Part shown: piece by piece, positions 42,103 through 51,724 of the stretch
Numbering within the stretch: position 1 is the stretch's first letter
Layout of the letters: each line of letters opens with the position of its first letter
Assembly (NCBI GenBank): GCA_944391505.1
Contig: CALXTV010000005.1
Location: 5,033-69,032 of the forward strand
Source: an uncultured Alphaproteobacteria bacterium
GTDB taxonomy: Bacteria > Pseudomonadota > Alphaproteobacteria > RF32 > CAG-239
DNA: 64,000 nt
Reading direction: 5' to 3'
Program-made: the position numbers and the translations under genes
The notes under the pieces: generated by a model
Told to the model about the DNA's origin: nothing
What the model saw: the letters and a program-made list of their open reading frames with translations, nothing else
Databases searched by the model: none

Positions 42103-43278
42103 TCAGGCCTTTGAGGTGACGTTTTGGGTAAATTTGTAGGTTTTTTGCAGTGCTTTGTGAGCTCGAACCAGAACTTCCACGGCGTTGGCGTCGCTGCGTT
42201 TCTTTTCTGAAACTGCACAGGAAACGGTCAGCTTTATCGGTTTTTTGCGGCGGGCGAGCATGAATTCCGCAGAAGCTATGGCGCGGCGGATTTTTTCCAG
42301 TCGGTCGAAACTTTCGTTTTTATCTTCTTTTTTGAAGATGATGACAAATTCGTCCGGGGTGTAGCGGTAAATTTGATTTTCAAATTCGGTTTCGGTAATG
42401 CGGCCGGCAATCATTTTGGTCAGTGCATTTTGACCGCTGCGTCCGAAAACCTGTCCGAGCTTATCATAATCATCTATGCAGACAATACCTACCGAATATT
42501 TGAGAGGAAAGTTTTTGGCATTGACGATGAAAGCGTTGCGGCCGGATAATCCGGTCAGGACATCGCGGTAAGACGTGTAATAAATATCCTGAATGACGGC
42601 AACGGTAATGCCGAGCATGGCCGAAGCAAAAAAGACGGTAAGTGCCGACGGAAACCGGGAATAGTAAAAACCGAGGAAAATTCCGAAACTACCGAAAAGC
42701 AATGCCGTACTGCCGATGGAGCCGCTGATTGACGCATGAATGAAAAAAGCGGAGAGCATAAGCAGAAAAAGCAGCAGGCTGAGGCTGTTTAAGCCGTCGG
42801 CGGAAACGCCGTCAAGGTTCCAGGACGGTGCCAGTCCCGCGGCACTGAGTTTTTCGGCAATCGCGAATTGGGCAAAAACCGACAACAGCAGCCAGACGTT
42901 TTCTTTGCAAAGCAATTTGTTTTCGGGTAAAAAATAAAAAAATATTAAATTGACGGGAACAAAAAAGCAAAGATTTAAGTATTCGGCCGAAGTCTGGTAG
43001 TCGTCTCCGTAAGTTTTTTTGATATAATTGATTAAGATGTAACTCAGCAGAGTTATGAAGATAAAAAATGCCGGTTTGCGGGTGTCAAAATACAGTAAAA
43101 TCAAAAAGACCGTAAAACACAGGACATAAAACAGGCTGTGAAGAGTCAGAAGAGGCGCTTCGGGAAAAGGTTCCGCCGCATAAAAACCAACAATTCCGGC
43201 ACCGAAAATCAATGCCGGCAGAAAAGTATTTTTCAGCAGCGGCAGTATTTTATCCAAGCTTATGTTCGGTTTGAGCAC
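42103..43278 (-). CDS. membrane protein with a C-terminal degenerate GGDEF domain (TPDEF)
   Basis: Six or more N-terminal TM helices and a C-terminal GGDEF-like fold with YRYTPDEFVIIF in place of RYGGEEF. Confidence 0.7.
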   Translation of the reverse strand: MLKPNISLDKILPLLKNTFLPALIFGAGIVGFYAAEPFPEAPLLTLHSLFYVLCFTVFLILLYFDTRKPAFFIFITLLSYILINYIKKTYGDDYQTSAEYLNLCFFVPVNLIFFYFLPENKLLCKENVWLLLSVFAQFAIAEKLSAAGLAPSWNLDGVSADGLNSLSLLLFLLMLSAFFIHASISGSIGSTALLFGSFGIFLGFYYSRFPSALTVFFASAMLGITVAVIQDIYYTSYRDVLTGLSGRNAFIVNAKNFPLKYSVGIVCIDDYDKLGQVFGRSGQNALTKMIAGRITETEFENQIYRYTPDEFVIIFKKEDKNESFDRLEKIRRAIASAEFMLARRKKPIKLTVSCAVSEKKRSDANAVEVLVRAHKALQKTYKFTQNVTSKA

Positions 43279-43319
43279 CCTGTTTCTCCCTTATGCCGTC
43301 ATCATAAGCGGAAAGTGGT

Positions 43320-44402
43320 TTAAATTTTGTTTACGCATTTTAAAATCGAGCTGTCGCCATAGGAATAAAAACGATATTTATGTTCCATGGCATAGCGGTA
43401 GGCATTCTGCATCCGTTCGGTGCCGGCAATGGCACAGATGAGCATGAACAGCGTTGATTTCGGCAGATGAAAATTGGTAATGATGTAGTCGATAATTTTG
43501 AACTTGTAACCCGGGGTGATGAAAATGTCGGTTTCGCCGGCAAAAGGGTGCAGAATGCCGTTGTCATCGGCAGCGCTCTCCAGCAAGCGCAGTGAGGTTG
43601 TGCCGACGGCGATAATGCGGCGGCCGCTGCTTTTGGCTTTATTGATTTCCGCACAGGCTTCAGGCGTGATAATTCCGTATTCGGCGTGCATTTTGTGATC
43701 TTTGGTGTCTTCGACTTTGACCGGCAGGAAGGTTCCGGCGCCGACGTGCAGGGTAAGAAAGACTTTTTTGACGCCTTTTTTATCCAAGGCGTCCAATACC
43801 CGCGGCGTAAAGTGCAGACCGGCAGTCGGTGCAGCCACGGCGCCTTCGTGTTTGGCATAAACCGTTTGGTAATCTTCCTTGTCGTTGTATTTGCTCCACA
43901 GTCCTTCGGTCGGTTTTTCCCGTTTAATGTACGGGGGAAGCGGCATGGAACCGTATTTTTCCAGATAATGGCCGAGGTCTTTCGGATTACAGTTAAATTT
44001 GAGCAGGACGCCTTCCTCGCCGTTTTTTTCCAAGACTTCGGCAGTAAAGTCCGTTTTTTCGGCAGGAGTTTCGGCCGTATAAAAAGCAACCGTATCGCCG
44101 GGATGCAGGCGTTTGGCATTTTTGATAAAAGCTTGCCAGCGAATGCCGTCGACCGGATGATACAACGTCACTTCAACCTGAGCTTCGCCCCGCTTTCCAT
44201 AAAGTCGCGCCGGAATAACCTTGGTGTCGTTGAAAACGAGGACGTCGCCTTCGTGCAGAATTTCGGGGAGTTCGTAAAAAATGCGATCCGTGATTTTGTC
44301 TTCTTCCGAAAGGTCAAGAAGCTTGGATGTATCGCGCGGATTGGCCGGTTTGTCGGCAATCAGGCTGCGGTCGAGGTCAAAATCAAAAATATCCACTTTC
44401 AT
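43320..44402 (-). CDS. queA: S-adenosylmethionine:tRNA ribosyltransferase-isomerase
   Basis: MKVDIFDFDLDRSLIADKPANPRD...; 360 aa. Confidence 0.9.
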   Translation of the reverse strand: MKVDIFDFDLDRSLIADKPANPRDTSKLLDLSEEDKITDRIFYELPEILHEGDVLVFNDTKVIPARLYGKRGEAQVEVTLYHPVDGIRWQAFIKNAKRLHPGDTVAFYTAETPAEKTDFTAEVLEKNGEEGVLLKFNCNPKDLGHYLEKYGSMPLPPYIKREKPTEGLWSKYNDKEDYQTVYAKHEGAVAAPTAGLHFTPRVLDALDKKGVKKVFLTLHVGAGTFLPVKVEDTKDHKMHAEYGIITPEACAEINKAKSSGRRIIAVGTTSLRLLESAADDNGILHPFAGETDIFITPGYKFKIIDYIITNFHLPKSTLFMLICAIAGTERMQNAYRYAMEHKYRFYSYGDSSILKCVNKI

Positions 44403-44479
44403 GTTTTTTCGTCCTTTATTTTCAGGCTGTTATATTATATAAACATGCCTGACGCAAGTTATTTTTAAGGAGCTGAGAG

Positions 44480-45313
44480 ATGAAAATTGCCTATCAGGGC
44501 GTTGCCGGTGCTTATTCGCATATTGCCTCAATGACGGTGTATCCCGGTCAGGAATATCTGCCCTGCGACACTTTTGAAAAAGCAATGAATTCGGTGGCCG
44601 AAGGAGAGGCTGATCTGGCGATGATCCCGGTTGAAAATTCTAATGCCGGCCGGGTTTCCGACGTCCATTTTCTGCTGCCACAGACAGGTCTGCATATTAT
44701 CGGTGAATTTTTTCTGCCGGTGCATCATCAGCTTTGGGTTTTGCCGGGAACAAAGCTGTCTGACGTCAGAACGGCTTCTTCTCATCCGCAGGCTTTGGCG
44801 CAATGTGCCGAATTTTTGAAAAAGCACGATATTAAGCCGGTGGCGCGTATTGATACGGCGCTCAGTTGTCAAGATGTTTTGAAGTTTCAGGATAATTCGA
44901 TCGCCGCAATAGCCTCAGAGCTGGCCGGCGAGATTTACGGTTTGGAAAAGGTAGCCTCAAATATTGAAAATGCCAGCAATAATACGACCCGTTTTTTGAT
45001 TATGTCACGGCAGCCCGAGATTCCGGAAGACGACGGCGGTGTGTTCATCACTTCTTTTATTTTCAAAGCCAAAAATATTCCGGCGGCGCTGTATAAAGCG
45101 TTGGGCGGTTTTGCCACGAACGGCATTAATATCACGAAATTGGAGAGTTATCTGTTGGAAGGAAAATTCGTGTCGGCGCAGTTTTATGCCGAAATCGAAT
45201 CGCATCCGTCGAGAAAGTCATTTAAGAACGCTTTTGATGAACTTGAATTTTTTTCCGGTTCCATACATGTTTTGGGAACTTATAAGGCAAACAAGTACAG
45301 GTATCAGGATTAG
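44480..45313 (+). CDS. pheA: prephenate dehydratase
   Basis: PDT domain (MKIAYQGVAGAYSH) plus a C-terminal ACT domain. Confidence 0.85.
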   Translation: MKIAYQGVAGAYSHIASMTVYPGQEYLPCDTFEKAMNSVAEGEADLAMIPVENSNAGRVSDVHFLLPQTGLHIIGEFFLPVHHQLWVLPGTKLSDVRTASSHPQALAQCAEFLKKHDIKPVARIDTALSCQDVLKFQDNSIAAIASELAGEIYGLEKVASNIENASNNTTRFLIMSRQPEIPEDDGGVFITSFIFKAKNIPAALYKALGGFATNGINITKLESYLLEGKFVSAQFYAEIESHPSRKSFKNAFDELEFFSGSIHVLGTYKANKYRYQD

Positions 45314-46209
45314 GATTTTCGTTCAATAATGTAGTGTGCCAACTGTTTCAACGTATCGGCCTTGTTGCCGAAAATGTTGAGAACATGTTCGGCTTCGGAG
45401 ATAAAATCTTTGGCAATCTGTTTGGCTTTGGATAGGCCGTAAATGCTGACAAAGGTTATTTTCCCCTGTTCGGCGTCTTTGTTCAGGGTCTTGCCGACCA
45501 AAGCCTGATCTCCTTCGACGTCAAGAATGTCGTCGGCAATCTGGAAAGCAATGCCGATGCGGCGCGAATAGTCAATCAGAGCCTGATATTTTTCGTCCCG
45601 GGCGTTGCCGAGAATGGCGCCGGCTTCGCAGGCGTAGCGCAGCAGACGGCCGGTTTTCATCTCTTCGATGTTTTTTATCAGTTTTTCGGGTTCGGAGGGA
45701 TTTTTAAGATTTTCAGCATAAAGGTCAAGCATTTGTCCGGCAATCATGCCGTTGAAGGCGCCGGCCGCTTCGGCCAGCAATTTGATCAGCCGGCTGCGGA
45801 TAACCGGCCGGGGGTGGGTCTTTTCGTCGCTGATAATTTCGAAAGCATAGGTCAGCAAGCCGTCGCCGGCCAAGATGGCGGTTGCTTCGTCAAATTGTTT
45901 GTGGCAGGTTGGTTTGCCGCGGCGAAGATCATCGTTGTCCATGGCCGGAAGGTCGTCGTGTATCAGCGAGTAGGAGTGCAGCATTTCCAGTGCAGCAGCT
46001 GTGCGGAAAGATTTTTCTTCGGATATGCCAAACAGGGCGGCGCATTCGGTAACAAGAAAAGGACGCAGGCGTTTGCCGCCGTTCATGACCGAATATTCCA
46101 TGGCCTGAACCACTCTTTTTTCAGGGCCTGCCGGGAGGGTAAAAAATTCGGGCAGGCGATTATTAAAACGTTGGGAAAAAGCGGTCAGTTTTTCTTTAAT
46201 GTCAGTCAT
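45310..46209 (-). CDS. ispA: farnesyl diphosphate synthase
   Basis: LIHDDLPAMDNDDLRRGKPT and the second DD motif DDILD. Confidence 0.85.
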   Translation of the reverse strand: MTDIKEKLTAFSQRFNNRLPEFFTLPAGPEKRVVQAMEYSVMNGGKRLRPFLVTECAALFGISEEKSFRTAAALEMLHSYSLIHDDLPAMDNDDLRRGKPTCHKQFDEATAILAGDGLLTYAFEIISDEKTHPRPVIRSRLIKLLAEAAGAFNGMIAGQMLDLYAENLKNPSEPEKLIKNIEEMKTGRLLRYACEAGAILGNARDEKYQALIDYSRRIGIAFQIADDILDVEGDQALVGKTLNKDAEQGKITFVSIYGLSKAKQIAKDFISEAEHVLNIFGNKADTLKQLAHYIIERKS

Positions 46210-46225
46210 GTTATGTCGTCCGTAA

Positions 46226-46471
46226 TCAGTCTTCGATTTTATCCAGTTCGCTTAATTTCATTTCGCCGTCGGGGGAAAGTTCGATTTTTTCAATTTTAAG
46301 CTGTGCGGCTTTGAGCTTGCTTTCGCAGAGTTTTTTGAGGCTGACGGCGCGTTCGTAAGCGGTGACGGCGTCGTCAAGTTTGATGCGTCCGCTTTCCAGT
46401 TCGCGAACCAGATTTTCGAGCCGGGCGAGCGCGTCTTCAAAACTCAAATCGTTAATTTCTTTTTCTTCCAT
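46226..46471 (-). CDS. xseB: exodeoxyribonuclease VII small subunit
   Basis: 81 aa, FEDALARLENLVRELESG. Confidence 0.85.
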   Translation of the reverse strand: MEEKEINDLSFEDALARLENLVRELESGRIKLDDAVTAYERAVSLKKLCESKLKAAQLKIEKIELSPDGEMKLSELDKIED

Positions 46472-46629
46472 TTTATCCTCTCCGTTTGATTTAGGACATC
46501 ATATTATAATAATTTTGCGATGGCAACTCGGAATCTCTACTTTATGCCATCATCAACAAGTATATATGATAATTGGTTTGCCCTGAACTGTTTTGACCGT
46601 TGGAAATGTGTTAAATTAGAATCAGTTAA

Positions 46630-46935
46630 ATGAGGAGAAACGAAATGGACAGTTCGGCGATTGTATCCGGATCAAAACTTTTGAAAGCAATGGGTAATGC
46701 CCGGCGGCTTGAAATTTTGTATTACCTGCAGCAAAGGGAAATGAACGTGAGCGAACTTGAAAAGGTCATCGGGTTGAGTCAGTCGGCTTTGTCGCAGCAT
46801 TTGGCCGTTTTGCGTGCCGAAGATATTGTTAAAACCCGGCGGTCGGCGCAAACGATTTTTTATTCAATTAAAAGCGAAAAAGCGCTGAAAATTCTTCAGT
46901 TGCTGAACAAGTTGTACAATTTGTTTTATAAATGA
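46630..46935 (+). CDS. ArsR/SmtB family transcriptional regulator
   Basis: wHTH region: ARRLEILYYL...NVSELEKVIGLSQSALSQHLAVL. Confidence 0.75.
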   Translation: MRRNEMDSSAIVSGSKLLKAMGNARRLEILYYLQQREMNVSELEKVIGLSQSALSQHLAVLRAEDIVKTRRSAQTIFYSIKSEKALKILQLLNKLYNLFYK

Positions 46936-46950
46936 AAAGAAAAGGCCGGA

Positions 46951-48114
46951 TTAATTTCCGGTCTTTTCCGTAAGCTCAACAGCGTGTTTTTCGGCATTGT
47001 AGGAAATGGTCAGTCTTCCCTGTTGCAGAGCCAAAGCGTCTTTGCCGAAAATTTCGTAACGCCAGCCTCTAAGGACGGGGTTGGATTCAGAAGGCGAAAC
47101 GGCCAGTTGTTTGAGAGTTTCGTCAGAGGCTATCAGTTTGGCGACGACGCCTTGTTCCTGTGCCCGGATTTTCAGCAGCAGGCGCAACAGTTCGTACAGC
47201 GCCGCGGCTCCGGATGGCAGCGGTTTTTCGGGCTCGCCCTTAACATAGTCCGCGGGTGAAATTTGAACGGCTTTGCGGACGACATCCAGAATTTCGCTGC
47301 CTAATTTGCCGGTGATGATATCCGGCCGGATATTGCGGATTTTTTCCAAATCTTTTTTGTTGAGCGGGCAGGCAGAAGCGATGTTTACCAAACAGTCGTC
47401 GCGGACAATACTCTGCCGCGGCGTGTCCTTTTCCTGCGCCCGCCGTTCGCGCCAGGCCGCCAATTCACGCAGGACGGTCAAAATGCGGTTGTTGTGCGAA
47501 CGGTGTCTGATTTTCTGCCAGGCTTCTTCCGGGCGGATAGTGTAGTTTTGCTTATCGGCAAGGGCGGCAAAATCTTCATCCAGCCAATGCAGACGCCCGT
47601 TCTCGGTGAGTTTGTCACGCAGATATTCATAAACGTGAATAAGGTGGGTGACGTCGGAAAGCGCATATTCCAACTGGTTGGCATCCAGCGGGCGCAGGCT
47701 CCAGTCGGATAAACGGCAGCTTTTGTCCAACTGAATGCCGAGAATGTTTTTGACCAGATTTTCATAGCTGACGGCTTCGCCGAAACCAAAAACCTGGGCG
47801 GCGGTTTGCGTGTCGAACAGCGGCTGGGGGACAAAGCCGGCCATATGGCAGATGATTTCGATATCCTGTCGGCCGGAATGAAAGATTTTGACGATTTTTG
47901 GGTTGCGCAGCACGGCAAAAAAATCTTCCAATTTCATATTCGGTGCCAGAGGGTCGATGATGGCGGCGTCATTCGGCGCCGCAACCTGAATCAGGCAGAG
48001 TTTGGCGTAATAAGATTTTTCTCGCAGAAATTCGAGGTCCACGGCAATATAGGGTTGCTGGTTAAGCTCTTTGCAAAAGCTTATCAGGTCAGATGTGTTT
48101 TCAATCAGTTTCAT
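46951..48114 (-). CDS. rnd: ribonuclease D
   Basis: DEDD 3'-5' exonuclease domain (IAVDLEF...) and an HRDC-like C-terminus. Confidence 0.85.
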   Translation of the reverse strand: MKLIENTSDLISFCKELNQQPYIAVDLEFLREKSYYAKLCLIQVAAPNDAAIIDPLAPNMKLEDFFAVLRNPKIVKIFHSGRQDIEIICHMAGFVPQPLFDTQTAAQVFGFGEAVSYENLVKNILGIQLDKSCRLSDWSLRPLDANQLEYALSDVTHLIHVYEYLRDKLTENGRLHWLDEDFAALADKQNYTIRPEEAWQKIRHRSHNNRILTVLRELAAWRERRAQEKDTPRQSIVRDDCLVNIASACPLNKKDLEKIRNIRPDIITGKLGSEILDVVRKAVQISPADYVKGEPEKPLPSGAAALYELLRLLLKIRAQEQGVVAKLIASDETLKQLAVSPSESNPVLRGWRYEIFGKDALALQQGRLTISYNAEKHAVELTEKTGN

Positions 48115-48311
48115 AAATTTAATCCGTTGTTTTGTAGCTTGTTTTAAGCATAGCCTCTGATGTTTAATATTTTTTTAAGGGCAGAGCAAGACGTTTTGAA
48201 ACACAAAAACAGATTTTCGGTGTCTGAGTTCCTAATTTTGCTTGCTTTCGGGAGAATTTCGTTTTAACAATTAAATCTAAATAATAATATTGAAAACAAA
48301 GAGGTCTTTTA

Positions 48312-50081
48312 ATGAACAGCTATCGTACTCATACCTGCGGCGAACTGAGGAGTTCTGACGTTAACAGGGAAGTTAAGCTTGCGGGGTGGATTCACCGCAA
48401 ACGGAATCTGGGCAATCTGTGTTTTGTGGATTTGCGAGATCATTACGGCATTACCCAGTGTGTGTTCGACAGTTCTTCCGATTTGTTTGAAAAAATTGAG
48501 GCAATTCGTCCCGAATCGGTTATCGGCATTACCGGCAAAGTGACGATCCGCGAGAGCATCAACAAGAATATTCCGACCGGTGACATCGAAATCAAAGTCA
48601 GCGGCCTGGAAGTTTATTCCGAGGCCGAGGTTCTGCCTTTTCAGGTCGCGATAGAAGACGATGCGCCGGAAGAAATGCGTCTGAAGTATCGTTTTCTGGA
48701 CTTGCGTAAAGATCGCATACACAAAAATATTCTGCTGCGTTCGGCGGTTATTCAACGTTCCCGCGAGTTGATGCGTGAGCAGGGTTTTACCGAATATCAG
48801 ACGCCGATTTTGACCGCTTCGTCGCCGGAGGGTGCGCGCGACTTTTTGGTACCGTCCAGACTGAATCCGGGGCGCTTTTATGCCCTGCCGCAGGCGCCGC
48901 AGCAGTTTAAGCAATTGTTGATGGTTTCGGGATTTGACAAGTATTTTCAGATTGCACCGTGCTTCCGTGATGAGGATCCGCGTGCTGACCGTTCTCCGGG
49001 CGAGTTTTATCAGATGGATATGGAAATGTCCTTTGCCACGCAGGACGATGTGTTTAAGGTTATTGAGCATACGCTGGGAACGATTTTTAACGAGTTTGCC
49101 AACGGTAAGAAAGTTGATCAGGCGCCTTATGTCCATATTCCGTTCCGCGATGCAATGATGAATTATGGTTCCGACAAGCCGGATCTGCGTAATCCGCTGA
49201 TTTTGAAAAATGTAAGCGCGATGTTCGGCGAATCGGGTTTCGGGGTTTATGATAATCTGGCCAAAGAGGGCAAGGTTATTAAGGCGATGGTCGTTGCCGG
49301 TGCCGGCGAAAAGCCCCGTTCGTTTTTTGACAAGCTTGACGCTTATGCCAAGGAAGAAGGCATGGGCGGTATTGCCTATATCGCTTATGCGGCCGGCGGT
49401 GCCAAAGGAATTGCCAAACTGCTTGGCGCTGAAAAGCTGGAAGAATTTAAGAAAGAAACCGGTGCCAAAGACGGCGACGCGATTGTCTTTATGGCCGGAA
49501 AGGGTATGAAGTTTGACAAGTTTACCGGCCGTTTGCGCAACAAGGTCGGCGAGGAACTCGGCTTGATTGACGAAAACGCGTTTAAGATGTGCTGGATTGT
49601 CGATTTTCCGTTTTATGAGGAAAACGAGGAAACCGGTGCCGTCGAGTTTTCGCATAATCCTTTCTCAATGCCGCAGGGCGGAATGGATGCGCTGAATAAT
49701 AAGAATCCGCTGGAGATTTATGCGTATCAGTATGACTTTGTCTGCAACGGGGTCGAGTTGTTGTCGGGTGCGGTGCGTAACCATAAGCCGGAGATTATGT
49801 ATAAGGCTTTTGAAATCGCCGGTTATGACCACAGTGTGGTTGACAACAAATTCGGCGGTATGATAAGCGCTTTTAAGTTTGGAGCGCCGCCGCACGCAGG
49901 TTCGGCTTACGGTGTCGACCGGCTGGTCATGCTGCTTTTGGACGAGCCGATTATACGCGATGTGATCTTGTTTCCGCTGAATGGCAAAGCGCAGGATTTG
50001 ATGATGCAGGCGCCGAACTTTGTTACGCAGCAGCAGCTTGACGAACTGCATATTAAGGTGGTTGAAGACGATAAGAAATAA
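48312..50081 (+). CDS. aspS: aspartate--tRNA ligase
   Basis: MNSYRTHTCGELR..., class II motifs, and the GAD insertion; 589 aa. Confidence 0.95.
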   Translation: MNSYRTHTCGELRSSDVNREVKLAGWIHRKRNLGNLCFVDLRDHYGITQCVFDSSSDLFEKIEAIRPESVIGITGKVTIRESINKNIPTGDIEIKVSGLEVYSEAEVLPFQVAIEDDAPEEMRLKYRFLDLRKDRIHKNILLRSAVIQRSRELMREQGFTEYQTPILTASSPEGARDFLVPSRLNPGRFYALPQAPQQFKQLLMVSGFDKYFQIAPCFRDEDPRADRSPGEFYQMDMEMSFATQDDVFKVIEHTLGTIFNEFANGKKVDQAPYVHIPFRDAMMNYGSDKPDLRNPLILKNVSAMFGESGFGVYDNLAKEGKVIKAMVVAGAGEKPRSFFDKLDAYAKEEGMGGIAYIAYAAGGAKGIAKLLGAEKLEEFKKETGAKDGDAIVFMAGKGMKFDKFTGRLRNKVGEELGLIDENAFKMCWIVDFPFYEENEETGAVEFSHNPFSMPQGGMDALNNKNPLEIYAYQYDFVCNGVELLSGAVRNHKPEIMYKAFEIAGYDHSVVDNKFGGMISAFKFGAPPHAGSAYGVDRLVMLLLDEPIIRDVILFPLNGKAQDLMMQAPNFVTQQQLDELHIKVVEDDKK

Positions 50082-50203
50082 CAGAGAGGGCTCCGCTGGT
50101 ATGCGGAGCCTTTTTGTCTGTTGGGACTCACCGGTACAGTTTTTGTGAAAAAGTTGTTGACTTGTAAATTAAAATGGCATAAATATTCCTTTGTTCTGCA
50201 TAT

Positions 50204-50277
50204 TGCTTCATCGTCTAATGGTAGGACAGCGGACTCTGACTCCGTTAATCTTGGTTCGAATCCAGGTGAAGCAGCCA
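50204..50277 (+). tRNA. tRNA-Gln (anticodon CUG)
   Basis: TGCTTCATCGTCTAATGGTAGGACAGCGGACTCTGACTCCGT...GGTTCGAATCCAGGTGAAGCAGCCA. Confidence 0.8.
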
Positions 50278-50288
50278 ATAAAAAAACG

Positions 50289-50363
50289 CCCTCAACAGGG
50301 CGTTTTTTTATTGGCTGAAAAGCATTTGTTAAACGGCGAAGGCAGCGACAGCAACAGAGCCGT
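50289..50363 (+). repeat. 75-bp direct repeat, copy 1, containing a perfect palindromic terminator (ccaataaaaaaacgccctcaacagggcgtttttttattgg)
   Basis: Repeated at 50438-50512 with 2 mismatches; begins 12 bp after tRNA-Gln. Confidence 0.8.
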
Positions 50364-50437
50364 TGTTAAAAATGCTTTGACCGAAGCGCAGTTGTTGAGC
50401 GATGCAGTCGCGAAACTTACGGAGCAAGAGCCAATAT

Positions 50438-50512
50438 CCCTCAACAGGGCGTTTTTTTATTGGCTGAAAAGCATTTGTTAAACGGCGCAGGTAGCGACAG
50501 CAACAGAGCCGT
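50438..50512 (+). repeat. 75-bp direct repeat, copy 2
   Basis: See copy 1; the two copies are separated by a 74-bp spacer. Confidence 0.8.
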
Positions 50513-50686
50513 CGGTATTAATCAGAAAAAAATTTATGTCCGGAAAACCGCAGGAATCCTTTGTTTCAGGAAAGTATAACAAAAAAAATAAAAAATTATT
50601 TTTGCCTTAAGCGTTCCTTAAGTTCAGATTGTTGTACTGACCATGTAATAACGAACGACTTAACTTTTTATTTGAGGAGAAAAAAC

Positions 50687-51049
50687 ATGAAAAAGATTTT
50701 TGCAGTATCTGCTTTGGCTTTGGTTCTGGGTATGAGCGGCGCGGCTTCGGCACAGATGGCGGCCGGCGGTTTTCAGGGGCCGGGACTGGCGCCGATGAGC
50801 GTAACTGATGCTCTGAAGCTTAATGACGATACCGCTGTCGTTTTGGTCGGACAGATTGAAAGAAGTCTCGGTGATGAAAAATATTTGTTTAAAGATGCTT
50901 CGGGAACTGTTACAGTCGAAATTGACAATGAGGACTGGAGAGGTCTGAACGTTACGCCGCAGGATACGGTTATTTTGAACGGTGAAATTGACAAGGAAAT
51001 GTTCAGAGACACCATTGTTGATGTTAACAGCATCGCTTTGAAAAAATAA
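50687..51049 (+). CDS. YgiW/BOF family periplasmic OB-fold protein
   Basis: Signal peptide followed by about 100 aa of OB fold; conserved position upstream of the QseB/QseC-like two-component pair. Confidence 0.7.
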   Translation: MKKIFAVSALALVLGMSGAASAQMAAGGFQGPGLAPMSVTDALKLNDDTAVVLVGQIERSLGDEKYLFKDASGTVTVEIDNEDWRGLNVTPQDTVILNGEIDKEMFRDTIVDVNSIALKK

Positions 51050-51064
51050 AAACGGGAAACCCAA

Positions 51065-51724
51065 ATGCGTATATTGCTTATCGAGGATGATGCCCTGATC
51101 GGGGACGGTTTGAAAATCGGATTGGAAAAGCTTGGCTTCAGCGTTGACTGGTTTACGGACGGCGCCGAAGGGGAAGAAGCTTTGTTTCAGGCTCCGTATG
51201 CCGCAGTCATCCTCGATTTGGGTTTGCCGAAGAAAGACGGTTTGGAAATTTTGCAGGACTGGCGGCGTAAAAATAAAAAAGAACCGGTGTTGATTTTGAC
51301 GGCCCGCGGCGACGTAGACCAGCGTATTGCGGGGCTGAACAGCGGCGCCGACGATTATCTCGGCAAGCCGTTTGCCCTGAAGGAGGTTCAGGCCAGGCTG
51401 AATGCGCTTATCCGCCGAAGCGGCGGTCAGGCGGCTCCGATTATCCGGCACGGCAAGGTTGAGTTTGATCCGGAAACGCGCAAAGTCCGGCTGGACGGCA
51501 GGGAAACAGTGTTGGCGCCCAAAGAGCTGGCTTTGCTGGAGCTTTTGCTTTTGAACAAAAACCGGGTGCTGTCAAAAGAGACGATTGAGAATAAGATTTA
51601 TTCCTGGGACGAGGAGGTTTCGAGCAACGCGGTGGAGGTGCATGTTCATCATCTGCGCAAAAAGCTCGGTCGGGAGATTGTCAAAACGGTCAACAAAATC
51701 GGTTATATATTGGGGGACGAATGA
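51065..51724 (+). CDS. OmpR-family response regulator (QseB/BasR-like)
   Basis: Receiver ([16 protein letters not shown]...DLGLPKKDG) plus a winged-helix C-terminus. Confidence 0.9.
   Translation: MRILLIEDDALIGDGLKIGLEKLGFSVDWFTDGAEGEEALFQAPYAAVILDLGLPKKDGLEILQDWRRKNKKEPVLILTARGDVDQRIAGLNSGADDYLGKPFALKEVQARLNALIRRSGGQAAPIIRHGKVEFDPETRKVRLDGRETVLAPKELALLELLLLNKNRVLSKETIENKIYSWDEEVSSNAVEVHVHHLRKKLGREIVKTVNKIGYILGDE

Noticed and set aside
43340-44119. 259-aa minus ORF overlapping queA
   Set aside because: Alternative frame of queA on the same strand; queA has the canonical sequence.
48309-49655. 448-aa minus-strand ORF
   Set aside because: Antisense to aspS; composition is atypical and no motif is present.
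50191-50481. 96-aa ORF spanning tRNA-Gln and the 75-bp repeats
   Set aside because: Overlaps a tRNA gene and is composed of terminator and repeat sequence.
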